This document shows positions 7,284-17,396 of a stretch of 49,349 nucleotides of DNA, one piece after another; position 1 is the stretch's first letter; every line of letters begins with the position of its first letter. The notes beneath the pieces are model-generated. The model did not search any database. It had not been told where the DNA came from and saw nothing but the letters and a program-made list of their open reading frames with translations. Made by a program: the position numbers and the translations under genes. Origin of the DNA: a virus (Duplodnaviria; Caudoviricetes); IMG/VR virus record IMGVR_UViG_3300012232_000018, positions 1 through 49,349 of that record; one strand, written 5' to 3'.

Positions 7284-9638
7284 TTATTTCTGATGCCAGG
7301 GATCGATACCCAGAATCTTCTTCACGTATGCGCGTGTCTCTTCGGGCGCGTTTCTCCAGCCGTGCTCACTCAGGTTGCCCGGCCCCCAGTTGTACGCTAC
7401 CAATCCCTTCCATACGCTGTTGCCGTGCGCCTTGATTTGCTGCGCGAGGTAGCCCACGCCACCCTTCACGTTCTGGTGTACGTCGTTCACATCCGTCACG
7501 CCCATCTCTTCAGCAGTGCCCGGCATCAGCTGGGTCAAGCCGCCTGCCCCTACGGGGCTCTTGGCATCCGGCTTGAAGTTGCTCTCGGCTGCGATCATCT
7601 TCGTAGCCAGTCCCTTCGGCAAGCCTGCCTGCTGTGCCTCATGCTCAGCCAGCGCTGACACCTGCGTCTTGAACTCCGGAGTACCAGCCTGCGCCGTCAC
7701 CTTCGGTGCTACCGCTTCCATCCCACCCTTTGTGCTTGCTGCGGGTTGGTTGCCCTTCTTGGCTGCTGCCTCGATGGACGCTGGCGTGGTCGGGCCTGGC
7801 CCGGCGTGCGTGCTACCCACCACGTCAAGCGTGTGGTTCCTCCATCCCTCTGTCGTATCCTGTCCCTGCGTCTCCCCTGTGTACTGAGCAGCAGTCCGAA
7901 CCGTGGTCAAGTGGTTGTTGTAGTCCTTCACCGCTGACACCACGCTTGGATCGCGCGACGTTGTCACAATCCTCCCGTTCTGGTCCACCGTCAGTGGTTC
8001 CCGGCCTGCTTCCGCAATCGCCGTGATGCGCGCGGACGAGGCACCGAGTGCCTTCCCTGCCACATCCCGTACCTGCGCTGCCAGCGGCCCCTGCTTCGCG
8101 GCCGGTAGTTGTGCGAGCACCGTGTCGAGCGCCCCGGAGTTGACTACGGCATCCATATTGGCCTGCCCTGTGGCCCCCGATAGGGCCGCGTTGCCTGCCC
8201 AGCGTGTTACACGCTTCTCGGCGTCCTCAAGCTGCTGGTCGTTCAGCCTGCCGTTGCCACGGTAGCTCCTGAGTTGCATGTTGTCTTCGCCGATGATGAC
8301 GTTGCCCATCCCCGGGTGGAGCTTGTCCGCCGTCTTGAGGTCCGTCTCACCCTTGTAGGTCGAGAGGTTCAGGTTTGTGTATAGCTCGGGGTCTTTGTTC
8401 TTGGCGTCGATGTAGGACTTGCCCCACTGCCCGTACAGCTTCAGGAACGCCTGGTCGTTGCCATCCGGACCCTTCAGGCGCATGTAGTCGGTCGCCATCT
8501 GCGGCATCATGCCCGAGGTCTTGACGAACTCGAGGTCGGCGTTGGTGATCTTCATGTTCGACTGGAGCAGCTCGGCCTTGCCCTGCGCGTTCTTGATCGC
8601 CAGCGTGACGGCGTTCTGACCTTCAGCGGACTGAAGGTTGTTGCGCACGGTGCTCAGCGAGGTGTGCAGATCGTCCTTCAGTTTCTTCGCCGTCTCGAAC
8701 GTGATCGGGTTCACCGGGTCACGCATCCAAGCGTCGATCTGCTTCATGCCCTCGATCTCCTTCTTCTGGAGCGTGTCGCCCAGCTCGCGAGACCAGCGCT
8801 GCGATACCACCTGGCTGCTGAAGTCGGCGTCCTTGTTGGCAGCCTGGAACTTCTCCCAATCGTTGAGAACTCCCGTCATCGTCGTGGCCTGCATCATGCC
8901 GTACTGCTTGGAGGCCAGCCGCTCGTTGTCCTCATCCTGCATGACGCGGGTGCTGCGCTGCGCCTGGAGCGTGGCCGCGCTGGCGATGGCTACCTGGTGC
9001 TGCTTGTAGGCCCCGCGCATCTGGTCCGTGATCTGGTCGCGGGTGTTGACCCCGTTCTGCGCCATGATCTCCTGGTCGGTCTTCATGGAGAACTCCCAAT
9101 CGGCTTTTGCCTGCTCGTTACGATGAGCGGCTGCGCTGAACATATGCTCGATGCCCGACATGCCAACCTTCTCCGCTGCGTTGCGGCGGAAGTCGCTGGC
9201 CCATCCCGGCATCTTGTCGCTGTACTGCTTGACGATCGAGTCCAGGCGGAGCTGGAAGGAGTTCTTGTCGATGACGCCCTGCTGGTACGCGGCGTACAAC
9301 CGGTCCGTGTCCGACTTGAATTGGCCGGCCGGGTGCGACGGGTCGCCCGAGTTGATGGCACCCTGCGCAGCGCTAGCGTTCCCGGGAACGGCCAGCAGCT
9401 TACCAGTCGCGTCCTGAATGGCTTGGTTGATCTTCGTATCTTCACCGGCCAACAGCGAACCCTTCCATACATCAAGGCCCTGCTTCCCAGCGTAGGTTAT
9501 GGCACCGCCCAGGGCGGCGCCCAGTTTGTTACCGGCGGATTCGGTTTCACCTTCCGCTAGGCGGAGGTCTCTGATAGCACTACCACTGTCGGCAGCCTGC
9601 GGGGCGGCACCTAGATCGACTGCGAACTTATCTGCCAT
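7284..9638 (-). CDS. Internal virion (ejection) protein with C-terminal lytic transglycosylase (SLT) domain
   Basis: IAAESNF..AKSPVGAGGLTQLMPGTA...AYNWGPG...ETRAYV. Confidence 0.9.
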   Translation of the reverse strand: MADKFAVDLGAAPQAADSGSAIRDLRLAEGETESAGNKLGAALGGAITYAGKQGLDVWKGSLLAGEDTKINQAIQDATGKLLAVPGNASAAQGAINSGDPSHPAGQFKSDTDRLYAAYQQGVIDKNSFQLRLDSIVKQYSDKMPGWASDFRRNAAEKVGMSGIEHMFSAAAHRNEQAKADWEFSMKTDQEIMAQNGVNTRDQITDQMRGAYKQHQVAIASAATLQAQRSTRVMQDEDNERLASKQYGMMQATTMTGVLNDWEKFQAANKDADFSSQVVSQRWSRELGDTLQKKEIEGMKQIDAWMRDPVNPITFETAKKLKDDLHTSLSTVRNNLQSAEGQNAVTLAIKNAQGKAELLQSNMKITNADLEFVKTSGMMPQMATDYMRLKGPDGNDQAFLKLYGQWGKSYIDAKNKDPELYTNLNLSTYKGETDLKTADKLHPGMGNVIIGEDNMQLRSYRGNGRLNDQQLEDAEKRVTRWAGNAALSGATGQANMDAVVNSGALDTVLAQLPAAKQGPLAAQVRDVAGKALGASSARITAIAEAGREPLTVDQNGRIVTTSRDPSVVSAVKDYNNHLTTVRTAAQYTGETQGQDTTEGWRNHTLDVVGSTHAGPGPTTPASIEAAAKKGNQPAASTKGGMEAVAPKVTAQAGTPEFKTQVSALAEHEAQQAGLPKGLATKMIAAESNFKPDAKSPVGAGGLTQLMPGTAEEMGVTDVNDVHQNVKGGVGYLAQQIKAHGNSVWKGLVAYNWGPGNLSEHGWRNAPEETRAYVKKILGIDPWHQK

Positions 9639-12600
9639 ATGGGACTTGAGGGTTGGAGCCCGGAGGGCTGGTTACGGTGAAAGGGTTGGTGCTGCCATCC
9701 GCGTGGTAATTGCGGTGGGCGAACTCGCTCAGCATGGACTGGAACTCGGTGTCGAACGGGAAGTAGTCCTTCTTGATCTTCATCTCGACGTCGTGCAAAT
9801 CTCCTGCGTTCTTCGGCCAGCACAGCTGGATGTCGCGGGACTTTTTGTTGAAGGTCTCCATGTCCCCACGGTTGGCGGCCATGACGCGCTCACGCTGTAG
9901 CTTGTAGATCAGCTCGGACAGGCCGTTGATGATCTGTGCCCGCTGGTGCTTGTCGGCCAACAAGGTGTAATAGTCCTGCGCCTGCGTAGGCTGGAAGCCT
10001 AGCGCGGTGGCCAGCATCTCCTCGCCGTTCAGACGAGCCACGGCGTTGCCGTTCTTGTCGATCATCAGGCCCTTGTTCTGGTAGTACAGATAGGCCCGCA
10101 GCCCGTTGCGCGTGGTCGATGCTAGCTCAGGGCCGATTGCCTTGGCACCCTCGAGCAACATCTGCGGCGTGGTTCTGGCGTCCACCTTCCACAGCCCTAC
10201 GATCTGTGCAGCCGCACCGAGGCGGTCGATCGTCGTCTTGCTGGGGCCTAGCACCGCATCCCACAAAGTCGTGTGATCCGAGAACAGGCCACTGGCTAGA
10301 CGCCCCAGGAAGTCAAACGACGCCAGCCTGGAGCCGGTAGCTATCTGCGTACCGGCCGGGTTATCCTGAGTGCTGGTGTAGGCCGCGATGAGCCCGGACA
10401 TGGCGCCCTGTGCGAGTGCAGCCTTCTCGACCTGGCTCATGGAGTTGCTCAGCTTGTCGCCGAGAATCTCGTCCATGAAGTTCACTGCGCCGTAGCCTGC
10501 CGCTCCGTACATGACCAAGTGGCCCGAGAGGATCTTCAGTGCTTCGGCGTTGGTGAAGCCACGGTATGCCTTAACCTCCCCGCCAGTGAGACGAGCAGCG
10601 GAGCGCTCAGCGCCCCGGGTGATCGAGGCTCCGACGTTCTGCATCAACTTGACGTTGTACTGCATGAACTGCCCGGCGATGGAGAACCCACCACGCTGCC
10701 AGAAGGCTTGGTTCGCCTTGGTCATGTTCTGCGTGAAGTCGTCCATCCGTAGCACGATCTGCTTCAGGGCCTCGTTCGAGGTCCAATCCACGCCAGGTCG
10801 TGCGGCCATGAACTCACGTCGTGCGATATCGAAGCTGACCACGCGGGACAACTCCTCGCCACGGTTGAAGAACCACCGCCCGCCGGACAGGAACTTCCCG
10901 CCCATGCTGGTCACGATGCCGAGCTTCCCGTCTTCCATGTTATGGAGTGCGGTTGACCGGAGGTTCTCGATCACGCCAGTCTTGCGTATGGCCTTCACCA
11001 ACTGAACGAACTCGTCCACCGACGAGAGGCCCATCTCCGACAGGCTATGCGCAGCACCCACGAGTTTGTGGACTGCCACATTGTCGGACATCAGGGCCAG
11101 CCTAAGCAGCGGGTACGTCTTGGCAGCCGCAAGGCCGTGTAGCGGATGGATGAAGGCAGCCGTCGCCATCCCATTCGCCTGCACGAGCAGCTGCGCCGGG
11201 TTGTAGAGCCCGAGCTGCAGGTTGAAGTTGACCGAGCGGATGAAGTTCAGCGGACTGGATTGACGAATAGCCGCCCCGATGGTCGTCGGTAGCCAGCCAT
11301 TGCGCTCACCTTGTTCAGTGAACGATCGGGTCCAGTTCTGGTACATCCGTTCCTCTTGGGTCCGGATGCCCAGCTGTTTCATAATGTAGTCATGGGTGCG
11401 CTCGGCGAACTTCGAGCGCGGATCAGTCGTGGTAAGCCGTAGCGGCCCTTTGTCGGCCAGCTGGAGGAAGTCTCGCACGTCGTCTCCTGTGCGGCCTGGG
11501 ATCATCTCACCGAAGGTGTTCATCCATTTCTGGATCATGGTGCCGCGCCACTCGCCTACTGCCACGGAGCGGCTGACGTTCGTCACCTCGGCCTCGAGGG
11601 AACGCATCATCGACAGGGTGTTCGGGCTGTTGCGATCCACCGAGTAGATGCGACCTCCCCTTTCCCCGTAGAACGGGCGCTCGTTCAGCGACTGCCCGGT
11701 GAAGTTGTTTAGGTAGTCGTCTTTGGTGCGGGTGAACTTCGAGCCGAACTTCACGCCGTCGAAGCGGCCATCGGCGTGCTGTGCTACGAATTCCTGCGGG
11801 TCCGTGTGGCGCCCTATCAGCTCCTCGATCTTGGTAAGAGGGTTGCGGGCCTGGATCTGCCCGGCCCTGACGCCGTCCATATAGGCCACGGCATCGTTCA
11901 TGGACTTAACGTAGGCGTTGACTTCCTTCTCAGACTTGGCGGAACGAATGACGCTCTCGAAACCCTCAAGCGGTGCGACGCCGTCAACCTGCACACCCGC
12001 GCGCTTCGCCACGGCGAAATACTCATCCGTGTAGATACGCGCAAACTCACCCGGCCTGTGTGCCAGGACGCTAGTGATCGCGCTGCGCTTCGCGGTCTTG
12101 GGGTCCACGATGACGTGCTGGAAGTACTTGCCGCCGATCTGCTGCGGGTCGCGCATCTTCATGACCGTCGCTGCACCTATGTTGTCGGCCATCTCTTGCG
12201 TCATGGTGACGCCCTTGTTGGCGCGTGCGTCCCAGATGTACCGACCATTGACGTCTAGCGGATGGACTTCCTTGGCTACCACGTCAAGCTGGCGTCCAAC
12301 TCCTGGAACAGCCGAGGTCGTCCCCGTCGCAGGTTTGCCGCCCTCGACAACGGAGAACGCGATGTTGCTATGGCCCGAGGCGCTCAGCTCACGCACCATC
12401 TCACCATTGCGCAAGTGCCACATCATTTCGCGGGCCTGTCGCACGGCAAAGTACGCTTCCATTTCCTTGTTGTTCAGGCCTGCTGACATCAACTCGGTGG
12501 CGCTGTACTCCTTGCCGGTGCTGCCATCCAGGTTGCTATGTGCGTCACCTTCGACTAGGACGGACTCGACGCGGCGCTGCCCATTCTTGCTTAGCTTCTG

Positions 12601-15600
12601 CCACGGCTTGGCGACGTGGTCGCGCAGCACGGAGGCGATACGATCCTGAACGTGAACGCCGATAACCCGGCCCTGCATGGCCTCTTCAGAGGAGCCATGC
12701 TTGGGGTCCAAGGCGTAATAGTGCATCCCGTTGATATCCTCGTCGGAGAACTTACCAAGGGTGGCGTAGTGGTTGACCTGCTGTGCCGGGGTGCGGATGA
12801 CGTAGCCTTCCGGCCCAACGTCGCGCGTCGGCGCTTGGTTCAGCCGCCCGCCCGGGCTGGCACTGCGCTCGGAGTAGGTCAGCTGCTGCGCATCGAAGCG
12901 GCCTTCCTGCACATTCTTGAGATGCTGGCGCATCCAACCTTCGATGATCGCGGGAGCCTGCTCAGTGGAGTACCCGAGCTTCTGCGCGATGAACTTGTAC
13001 ATCTGGCGCAGCATGTCAGCGACGGGCTTGAATGCCTTCTCGATGTGAGACAGCGTCTGTTCGTGCTGGAACATAGCCTTCGAGAGTCCCTCGACGAACC
13101 ACTCCTCGTGGTTGAGCCACTGCATGAAGGACGGTGAGTTGGCCAGCTCCTTGAGGTTCTGCATCTTGAAGGCAGCGGAGTCCTCACCGGTTGCAAGGCT
13201 GGTGCTCTGCCGGAACTTGGCGAAACGCTCAGCGAGCTTCGGGTTCTTGTCCATCGACTCTTGGAACGCACGGATGAGTGCTGTCCTGACCGGCTTGAAC
13301 TGGTCGGACTCGAGTACTACGCGGTAGATCAGATGACCGACTTCGTGCGGCAGCGTCTGAAGGCCACGCGCCTTGTTGAAGGCATTGCCCGTGCCAGAGA
13401 GATCCATGTGAACTTCGTTCAGCGCGATCGCGTGGAACGGACGGTCCTTCTCCGGATGCATGTACACACCGAGAGCGCCATGCTGCATAGACCCACTCAG
13501 GTCGGGATGTAGCGCTGCCAAGTCATCGAATGTACCAATGACGACCTTCTCCTCCGTGAGACCGAAGTCGTTGAGGAGGCCCTTGACGAGATCCTTGTAC
13601 TCCTTGCCAACACCTTCCATGACCTGCACACGGCTACCGACGAACTTCTTCTTCATAGTGTTGATGAGATCTGCTCGCGCCTCATGGCGGATGGCCTCAC
13701 CTTCGATGATGTGCTCGGCGTCATCGAGCAGTCCAGCCCTGCCAGCCTTCTCGACTAACGTCTTGGGGTCTTTCTCAGCAACGATCTCGCGTAGTTCGGC
13801 GTAGCGTTGCTTGACGGCAGCCTTTTCTTCGGCTGTGACGGCCTCTGCACCTTGCGTATTGAGGTGGGCGATCTCATCACGCACCTTCATGTTGATCTCG
13901 TCCTTGACCAGCGTCGGCAGGGCGAAGTCCGGAGACAGCTTTAGGGTAACGTTCCCAGGAACGTTTGTGCCTTCCTGTTGCCGCAGCCGAGCGTCGGTGG
14001 GGGATTCGTCCGCGAAGCGCTTGGCCTCCAGGTTGCGCACATCCACTACCTCGCCCTGGATGCCATGCTCTTGCATGTGCAGTTCGGCGCCGTTCTTCGA
14101 CATGAAGGGCCTGGCGTCGGGGGACATGTAGTTGGCCTTGGGGCCACCTTCCCACAGCTCAGTCGAGTGCACGTCTTTGTTGACAGCCGGGTCATGCGCC
14201 ATCTCCATATCGCGGATGGCGGTCTCGACTTCGGGGGCGGTCTCCGGAGCCGTCTTATTGACCAGCTCACGGGCTTCCTGAATCTTCTGCCAGGAGTCCT
14301 GAACACGCTTCTCCAGGCGCTCCTGCACCGGGCCAGCCAAGCCGTCGATCTTGTCGCGCAGACGGGCCATCGGGTCTACGGTGCTCATGCCGGAGTTCGC
14401 GGCCTCATGGTGCGACAAGTCCGCATCACCACGCCCTGCTACGCCCGCCTCAGCGCGAGCCAGCTGGTCATCCACGGCGCCAGCGGCAGCCTTGTCGCCC
14501 GCCGTGCGCTTGATGACGTTGGCGAGCTTGCCCTGGGACAGCAGCTTGAGAAGAGACGGCAGGGATGGAATCAGCGGCGCTACGAGTCCGGCTACAACCG
14601 CCTGTGTCTCGGTGCCACCAAGTTCCTTGACGCCCTGTTCAGCTGCGCCGGACGCGGCGCCGGCCACCATCTGCCCAGCCTCGTGCTCACCAAACGCCTT
14701 GAGGACGCCCGACGTGACGGGAGCCTTGGAGGCTGCTTCGAGGGCACCACCGAGAGCCGTGGCAGACTTCGCCAGGGTCAGCCACTCGAGGCCGGTCTGG
14801 AACGCGGCAACGCCTGTGCGCTGGATCGCGCCTTGCGCGGTATCCAGGCCCAGCCGATCCGCGAGCTTGGCACCCAGATCCGGCGTGTTGAAGCGGAAGC
14901 CGATCAGGTCACCGGACGGTTTCTCTCCGGTGATTAGATCGCTCATCTTGGTCTCGCCCGTGAAGCCCAGTGCGCGGGCGCCGGCATTGATTGCCGAGAT
15001 CCCGAAGTTGGCGATGTGGGTCGGGACGTTGGCGACTCCACCAGCGGTCTCGAGGACGCCTCGCGCACCCATACTGAAGCCGTGCTGCTGCGACTTGATG
15101 AAGTCGTCCCAACTTATGCCGTCGTGGTAGATCGACTCGGCCTTGTCGAGCGCCGCATTACCGTAGTCCACGGCGTCAGCCAGGATGGTATTGAACATCC
15201 CGCGCTTCTCGCCCTGGTCCTGAGTAGTTGCACCCACCTCGCCGTCGGTCTTGAATCCAGCCGGGTCGGCTAGCTGTGCTGCAGCTTGCTTGCTGATGGA
15301 GATCTGCTTGTCGATCAGCAGATGGTCATCGGCTTCCTTACGGGCCTGTTCGTCAACGTGCTGCTGCGCTAGGCGTGCTGTCTCATTGGCGTCGCCCATC
15401 GCCATACTCTGCCGCATGTCCTTCCGGATGGCAGCCTGCTGCGCGGCGTGCGTCGTACCGAATACGCGGTCGATCGCCTGCCACGGCCCGAGGTACTCCA
15501 TCTCCTTCTTGATCGCGGCGGGATCTTCTCCCGACACCATCGCGTACTCGTTCGAGACGGAGCTTGCGTTGACCGGCGGCTTAGGCTGCGGGGCTAGCGG

Positions 15601-15672
15601 TTGCGGAGCTACGCCAAAGCCATCTGCTTCGGGCGCTTCGCTCGGACCAAAACCTTGCGATAGGTCAGTCAT
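9628..15672 (-). CDS. Large internal virion/ejection protein (2014 aa) with zincin-like HExxH motif
   Basis: Size, helical Ala/Gly composition and position after the tail genes; LPHEVGH...HEEWFVE. Confidence 0.8.
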   Translation of the reverse strand: MTDLSQGFGPSEAPEADGFGVAPQPLAPQPKPPVNASSVSNEYAMVSGEDPAAIKKEMEYLGPWQAIDRVFGTTHAAQQAAIRKDMRQSMAMGDANETARLAQQHVDEQARKEADDHLLIDKQISISKQAAAQLADPAGFKTDGEVGATTQDQGEKRGMFNTILADAVDYGNAALDKAESIYHDGISWDDFIKSQQHGFSMGARGVLETAGGVANVPTHIANFGISAINAGARALGFTGETKMSDLITGEKPSGDLIGFRFNTPDLGAKLADRLGLDTAQGAIQRTGVAAFQTGLEWLTLAKSATALGGALEAASKAPVTSGVLKAFGEHEAGQMVAGAASGAAEQGVKELGGTETQAVVAGLVAPLIPSLPSLLKLLSQGKLANVIKRTAGDKAAAGAVDDQLARAEAGVAGRGDADLSHHEAANSGMSTVDPMARLRDKIDGLAGPVQERLEKRVQDSWQKIQEARELVNKTAPETAPEVETAIRDMEMAHDPAVNKDVHSTELWEGGPKANYMSPDARPFMSKNGAELHMQEHGIQGEVVDVRNLEAKRFADESPTDARLRQQEGTNVPGNVTLKLSPDFALPTLVKDEINMKVRDEIAHLNTQGAEAVTAEEKAAVKQRYAELREIVAEKDPKTLVEKAGRAGLLDDAEHIIEGEAIRHEARADLINTMKKKFVGSRVQVMEGVGKEYKDLVKGLLNDFGLTEEKVVIGTFDDLAALHPDLSGSMQHGALGVYMHPEKDRPFHAIALNEVHMDLSGTGNAFNKARGLQTLPHEVGHLIYRVVLESDQFKPVRTALIRAFQESMDKNPKLAERFAKFRQSTSLATGEDSAAFKMQNLKELANSPSFMQWLNHEEWFVEGLSKAMFQHEQTLSHIEKAFKPVADMLRQMYKFIAQKLGYSTEQAPAIIEGWMRQHLKNVQEGRFDAQQLTYSERSASPGGRLNQAPTRDVGPEGYVIRTPAQQVNHYATLGKFSDEDINGMHYYALDPKHGSSEEAMQGRVIGVHVQDRIASVLRDHVAKPWQKLSKNGQRRVESVLVEGDAHSNLDGSTGKEYSATELMSAGLNNKEMEAYFAVRQAREMMWHLRNGEMVRELSASGHSNIAFSVVEGGKPATGTTSAVPGVGRQLDVVAKEVHPLDVNGRYIWDARANKGVTMTQEMADNIGAATVMKMRDPQQIGGKYFQHVIVDPKTAKRSAITSVLAHRPGEFARIYTDEYFAVAKRAGVQVDGVAPLEGFESVIRSAKSEKEVNAYVKSMNDAVAYMDGVRAGQIQARNPLTKIEELIGRHTDPQEFVAQHADGRFDGVKFGSKFTRTKDDYLNNFTGQSLNERPFYGERGGRIYSVDRNSPNTLSMMRSLEAEVTNVSRSVAVGEWRGTMIQKWMNTFGEMIPGRTGDDVRDFLQLADKGPLRLTTTDPRSKFAERTHDYIMKQLGIRTQEERMYQNWTRSFTEQGERNGWLPTTIGAAIRQSSPLNFIRSVNFNLQLGLYNPAQLLVQANGMATAAFIHPLHGLAAAKTYPLLRLALMSDNVAVHKLVGAAHSLSEMGLSSVDEFVQLVKAIRKTGVIENLRSTALHNMEDGKLGIVTSMGGKFLSGGRWFFNRGEELSRVVSFDIARREFMAARPGVDWTSNEALKQIVLRMDDFTQNMTKANQAFWQRGGFSIAGQFMQYNVKLMQNVGASITRGAERSAARLTGGEVKAYRGFTNAEALKILSGHLVMYGAAGYGAVNFMDEILGDKLSNSMSQVEKAALAQGAMSGLIAAYTSTQDNPAGTQIATGSRLASFDFLGRLASGLFSDHTTLWDAVLGPSKTTIDRLGAAAQIVGLWKVDARTTPQMLLEGAKAIGPELASTTRNGLRAYLYYQNKGLMIDKNGNAVARLNGEEMLATALGFQPTQAQDYYTLLADKHQRAQIINGLSELIYKLQRERVMAANRGDMETFNKKSRDIQLCWPKNAGDLHDVEMKIKKDYFPFDTEFQSMLSEFAHRNYHADGSTNPFTVTSPPGSNPQVPYGR

Positions 15673-16256
15673 TATTGCGGAGCGTTTCCACCGAAGATGC
15701 GACCATCACCAGAGCCAGAGCCGGGGGTCTCGGCGAAGAGGGACTCGTATCCGCCCTTCGCTTCGAAGACACCGTTGGCTACGCCACCTACGGCACCTGC
15801 TACGCCACCGATGGTTGACTGCACGGCTATGCGGTTCGCGATATCCATGCGAGCGCCTTCGTCAGCTGCCACGCTGCTCTGTGCAGCGATGCTGCTGTTG
15901 AGCATCCCGATGTTGGCTGCCGACTCAGTACCGAGCGAAGACACCGCGCCTAACTCACCGGACGATCCGGTCGTACCGGAGGTTGCGGCTGCGTTAATCA
16001 CGGCTGCCTTCGCAATTCGTTCTTTGCGCAACTGCTCACGCGCTGCCTTCTGGTTCTGCATGTCAGTCAGGCGTTGCTGCGCCTCAGCTTCGTGTCGGGC
16101 GAGCTTCCCCTGCTTGCGCTGGTCGATGGCGTTCTTGACGCCCATGCCGGCACTCACAACGCCAGCGATGGCGCCAACAGCTAGAGCCGCCTCGAGTACG
16201 AACTGGGGCGGATACAGCCACGGGAAGAGGAACTGTCTGATGAGGCGGAAGTCCAT
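15672..16256 (-). CDS. Small internal virion protein (T7 gp14-like position)
   Basis: TAATG-coupled start MDFRLIR at 16256; hydrophobic AVGAIAGVVSAG then Ala/Gln-rich coiled coil. Confidence 0.7.
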   Translation of the reverse strand: MDFRLIRQFLFPWLYPPQFVLEAALAVGAIAGVVSAGMGVKNAIDQRKQGKLARHEAEAQQRLTDMQNQKAAREQLRKERIAKAAVINAAATSGTTGSSGELGAVSSLGTESAANIGMLNSSIAAQSSVAADEGARMDIANRIAVQSTIGGVAGAVGGVANGVFEAKGGYESLFAETPGSGSGDGRIFGGNAPQ

Positions 16257-16684
16257 TAGAATCCTTTGGTCCAGACTTGATGCGTGAGCGTCCACCCACG
16301 CTTGATGAAGTACGCGGCTTCGACTTCGGTCGTGGGCATGGTGCCCATGCACACACGGTCGCTGCCCACAATCTCCTCGAAGGCATCCAGCAGTGCACCA
16401 CCAGCACCCGCTGAGCGGGCGTCGAGATCGGTCCACCAGGCGATTTCCTGCCAGACCTTTTCTGATGGGTGAAACAGTGCGGTGCGGTGTACTGCCAGCA
16501 ACATGCCGCACGGATGTCCGGAGACCTCGGCGATCAGCGCGAGGTTGTCGCGCACCATCATCTCGGCGAACTGCGGGACGTATTCCGGATCGAACGGGCC
16601 GACCGGGTGCGCCTCGAGGAACGAGAGCCCCATGCGAGCGATCTCGGGGGCGTCTTCAAGCGTGGCGCGGCGGGTTACGATCAT
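16256..16684 (-). CDS. GNAT-family acetyltransferase-like protein
   Basis: RRATLED, WWTDLDARSAGAGGALL acetyl-CoA loop, YFIKRGW. Confidence 0.8.
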   Translation of the reverse strand: MIVTRRATLEDAPEIARMGLSFLEAHPVGPFDPEYVPQFAEMMVRDNLALIAEVSGHPCGMLLAVHRTALFHPSEKVWQEIAWWTDLDARSAGAGGALLDAFEEIVGSDRVCMGTMPTTEVEAAYFIKRGWTLTHQVWTKGF

Positions 16685-17094
16685 GGGTAGAAGGTGCGCT
16701 TGCCCGAGCCAGGAGCACGGGTTGTGAGGTGACACCATCCCCGGGTTGAGGCGGGGTGCTCGCGGTACAGGCCGAAGTCACGCAGGATCTCGTCGGTGAG
16801 GAAGTCGTCCAATGCACCGTCGGGGTCGTATACGTCGACTGCCATGCCCTGCTTGTGCGCCGATAGCGGCGCTCCGATTGGGCACGCCTGGGGCCGCCAG
16901 CCCCCATCCTTCTCACCTGACACTTGTGTTCGCGTGACAGGATTTACTTGTAGTCGTACACCCTTGGTGACGGCGTAGCCCAGTAGCTTGTTCACCATGA
17001 CCAGCATGCCGGCCGCATGGGAGCGGTGGAGCTGGCTGATCTCGTCGCTGTCTGCGTAGCCGGCGAAGTAGTCCTTCGGCGTGATGTAATCCAT
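16681..17094 (-). CDS. Peptidase M15-family Zn peptidase (endolysin candidate)
   Basis: GWR...SAHKQGMAVD...WCHL (R, SxH-x6-D, WxH). Confidence 0.85.
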   Translation of the reverse strand: MDYITPKDYFAGYADSDEISQLHRSHAAGMLVMVNKLLGYAVTKGVRLQVNPVTRTQVSGEKDGGWRPQACPIGAPLSAHKQGMAVDVYDPDGALDDFLTDEILRDFGLYREHPASTRGWCHLTTRAPGSGKRTFYP

Positions 17095-17396
17095 TACTCC
17101 GCCCCGTTGCCGTTATTGGTGATGGCCCAGCCGATAATGACCATGTCCTTATCAGGCTCGGCCTTGAACCGCAGCTTCAGCGCACGGCCACGGCCACGCA
17201 ACTTGTTCTTTGTGACAACTAGCGCACGGCCAGTTTTGTACGTATCGGCCTCTACTTCGGGATCGGGAGTACGAACGATGTGCCGATATACCTGATGGAA
17301 CGCTGACCACTTGCCCGAGAGTTGGTCGTCAGCGAAGTCCCAGCGTGACTGCATGAGGCAACCGCCAGGGTTGATAATGCGGGATACAATAGACAT
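17094..17396 (-). CDS. C-terminal part of tail nozzle/tubular protein B, encoded as a separate ORF
   Basis: RWDF..W....VYR...VVTKNKLRGRGRALKLRF..GW resembles the C-terminus of podovirus nozzle proteins; TAATG-coupled to the upstream ORF. Confidence 0.65.
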   Translation of the reverse strand: MSIVSRIINPGGCLMQSRWDFADDQLSGKWSAFHQVYRHIVRTPDPEVEADTYKTGRALVVTKNKLRGRGRALKLRFKAEPDKDMVIIGWAITNNGNGAE

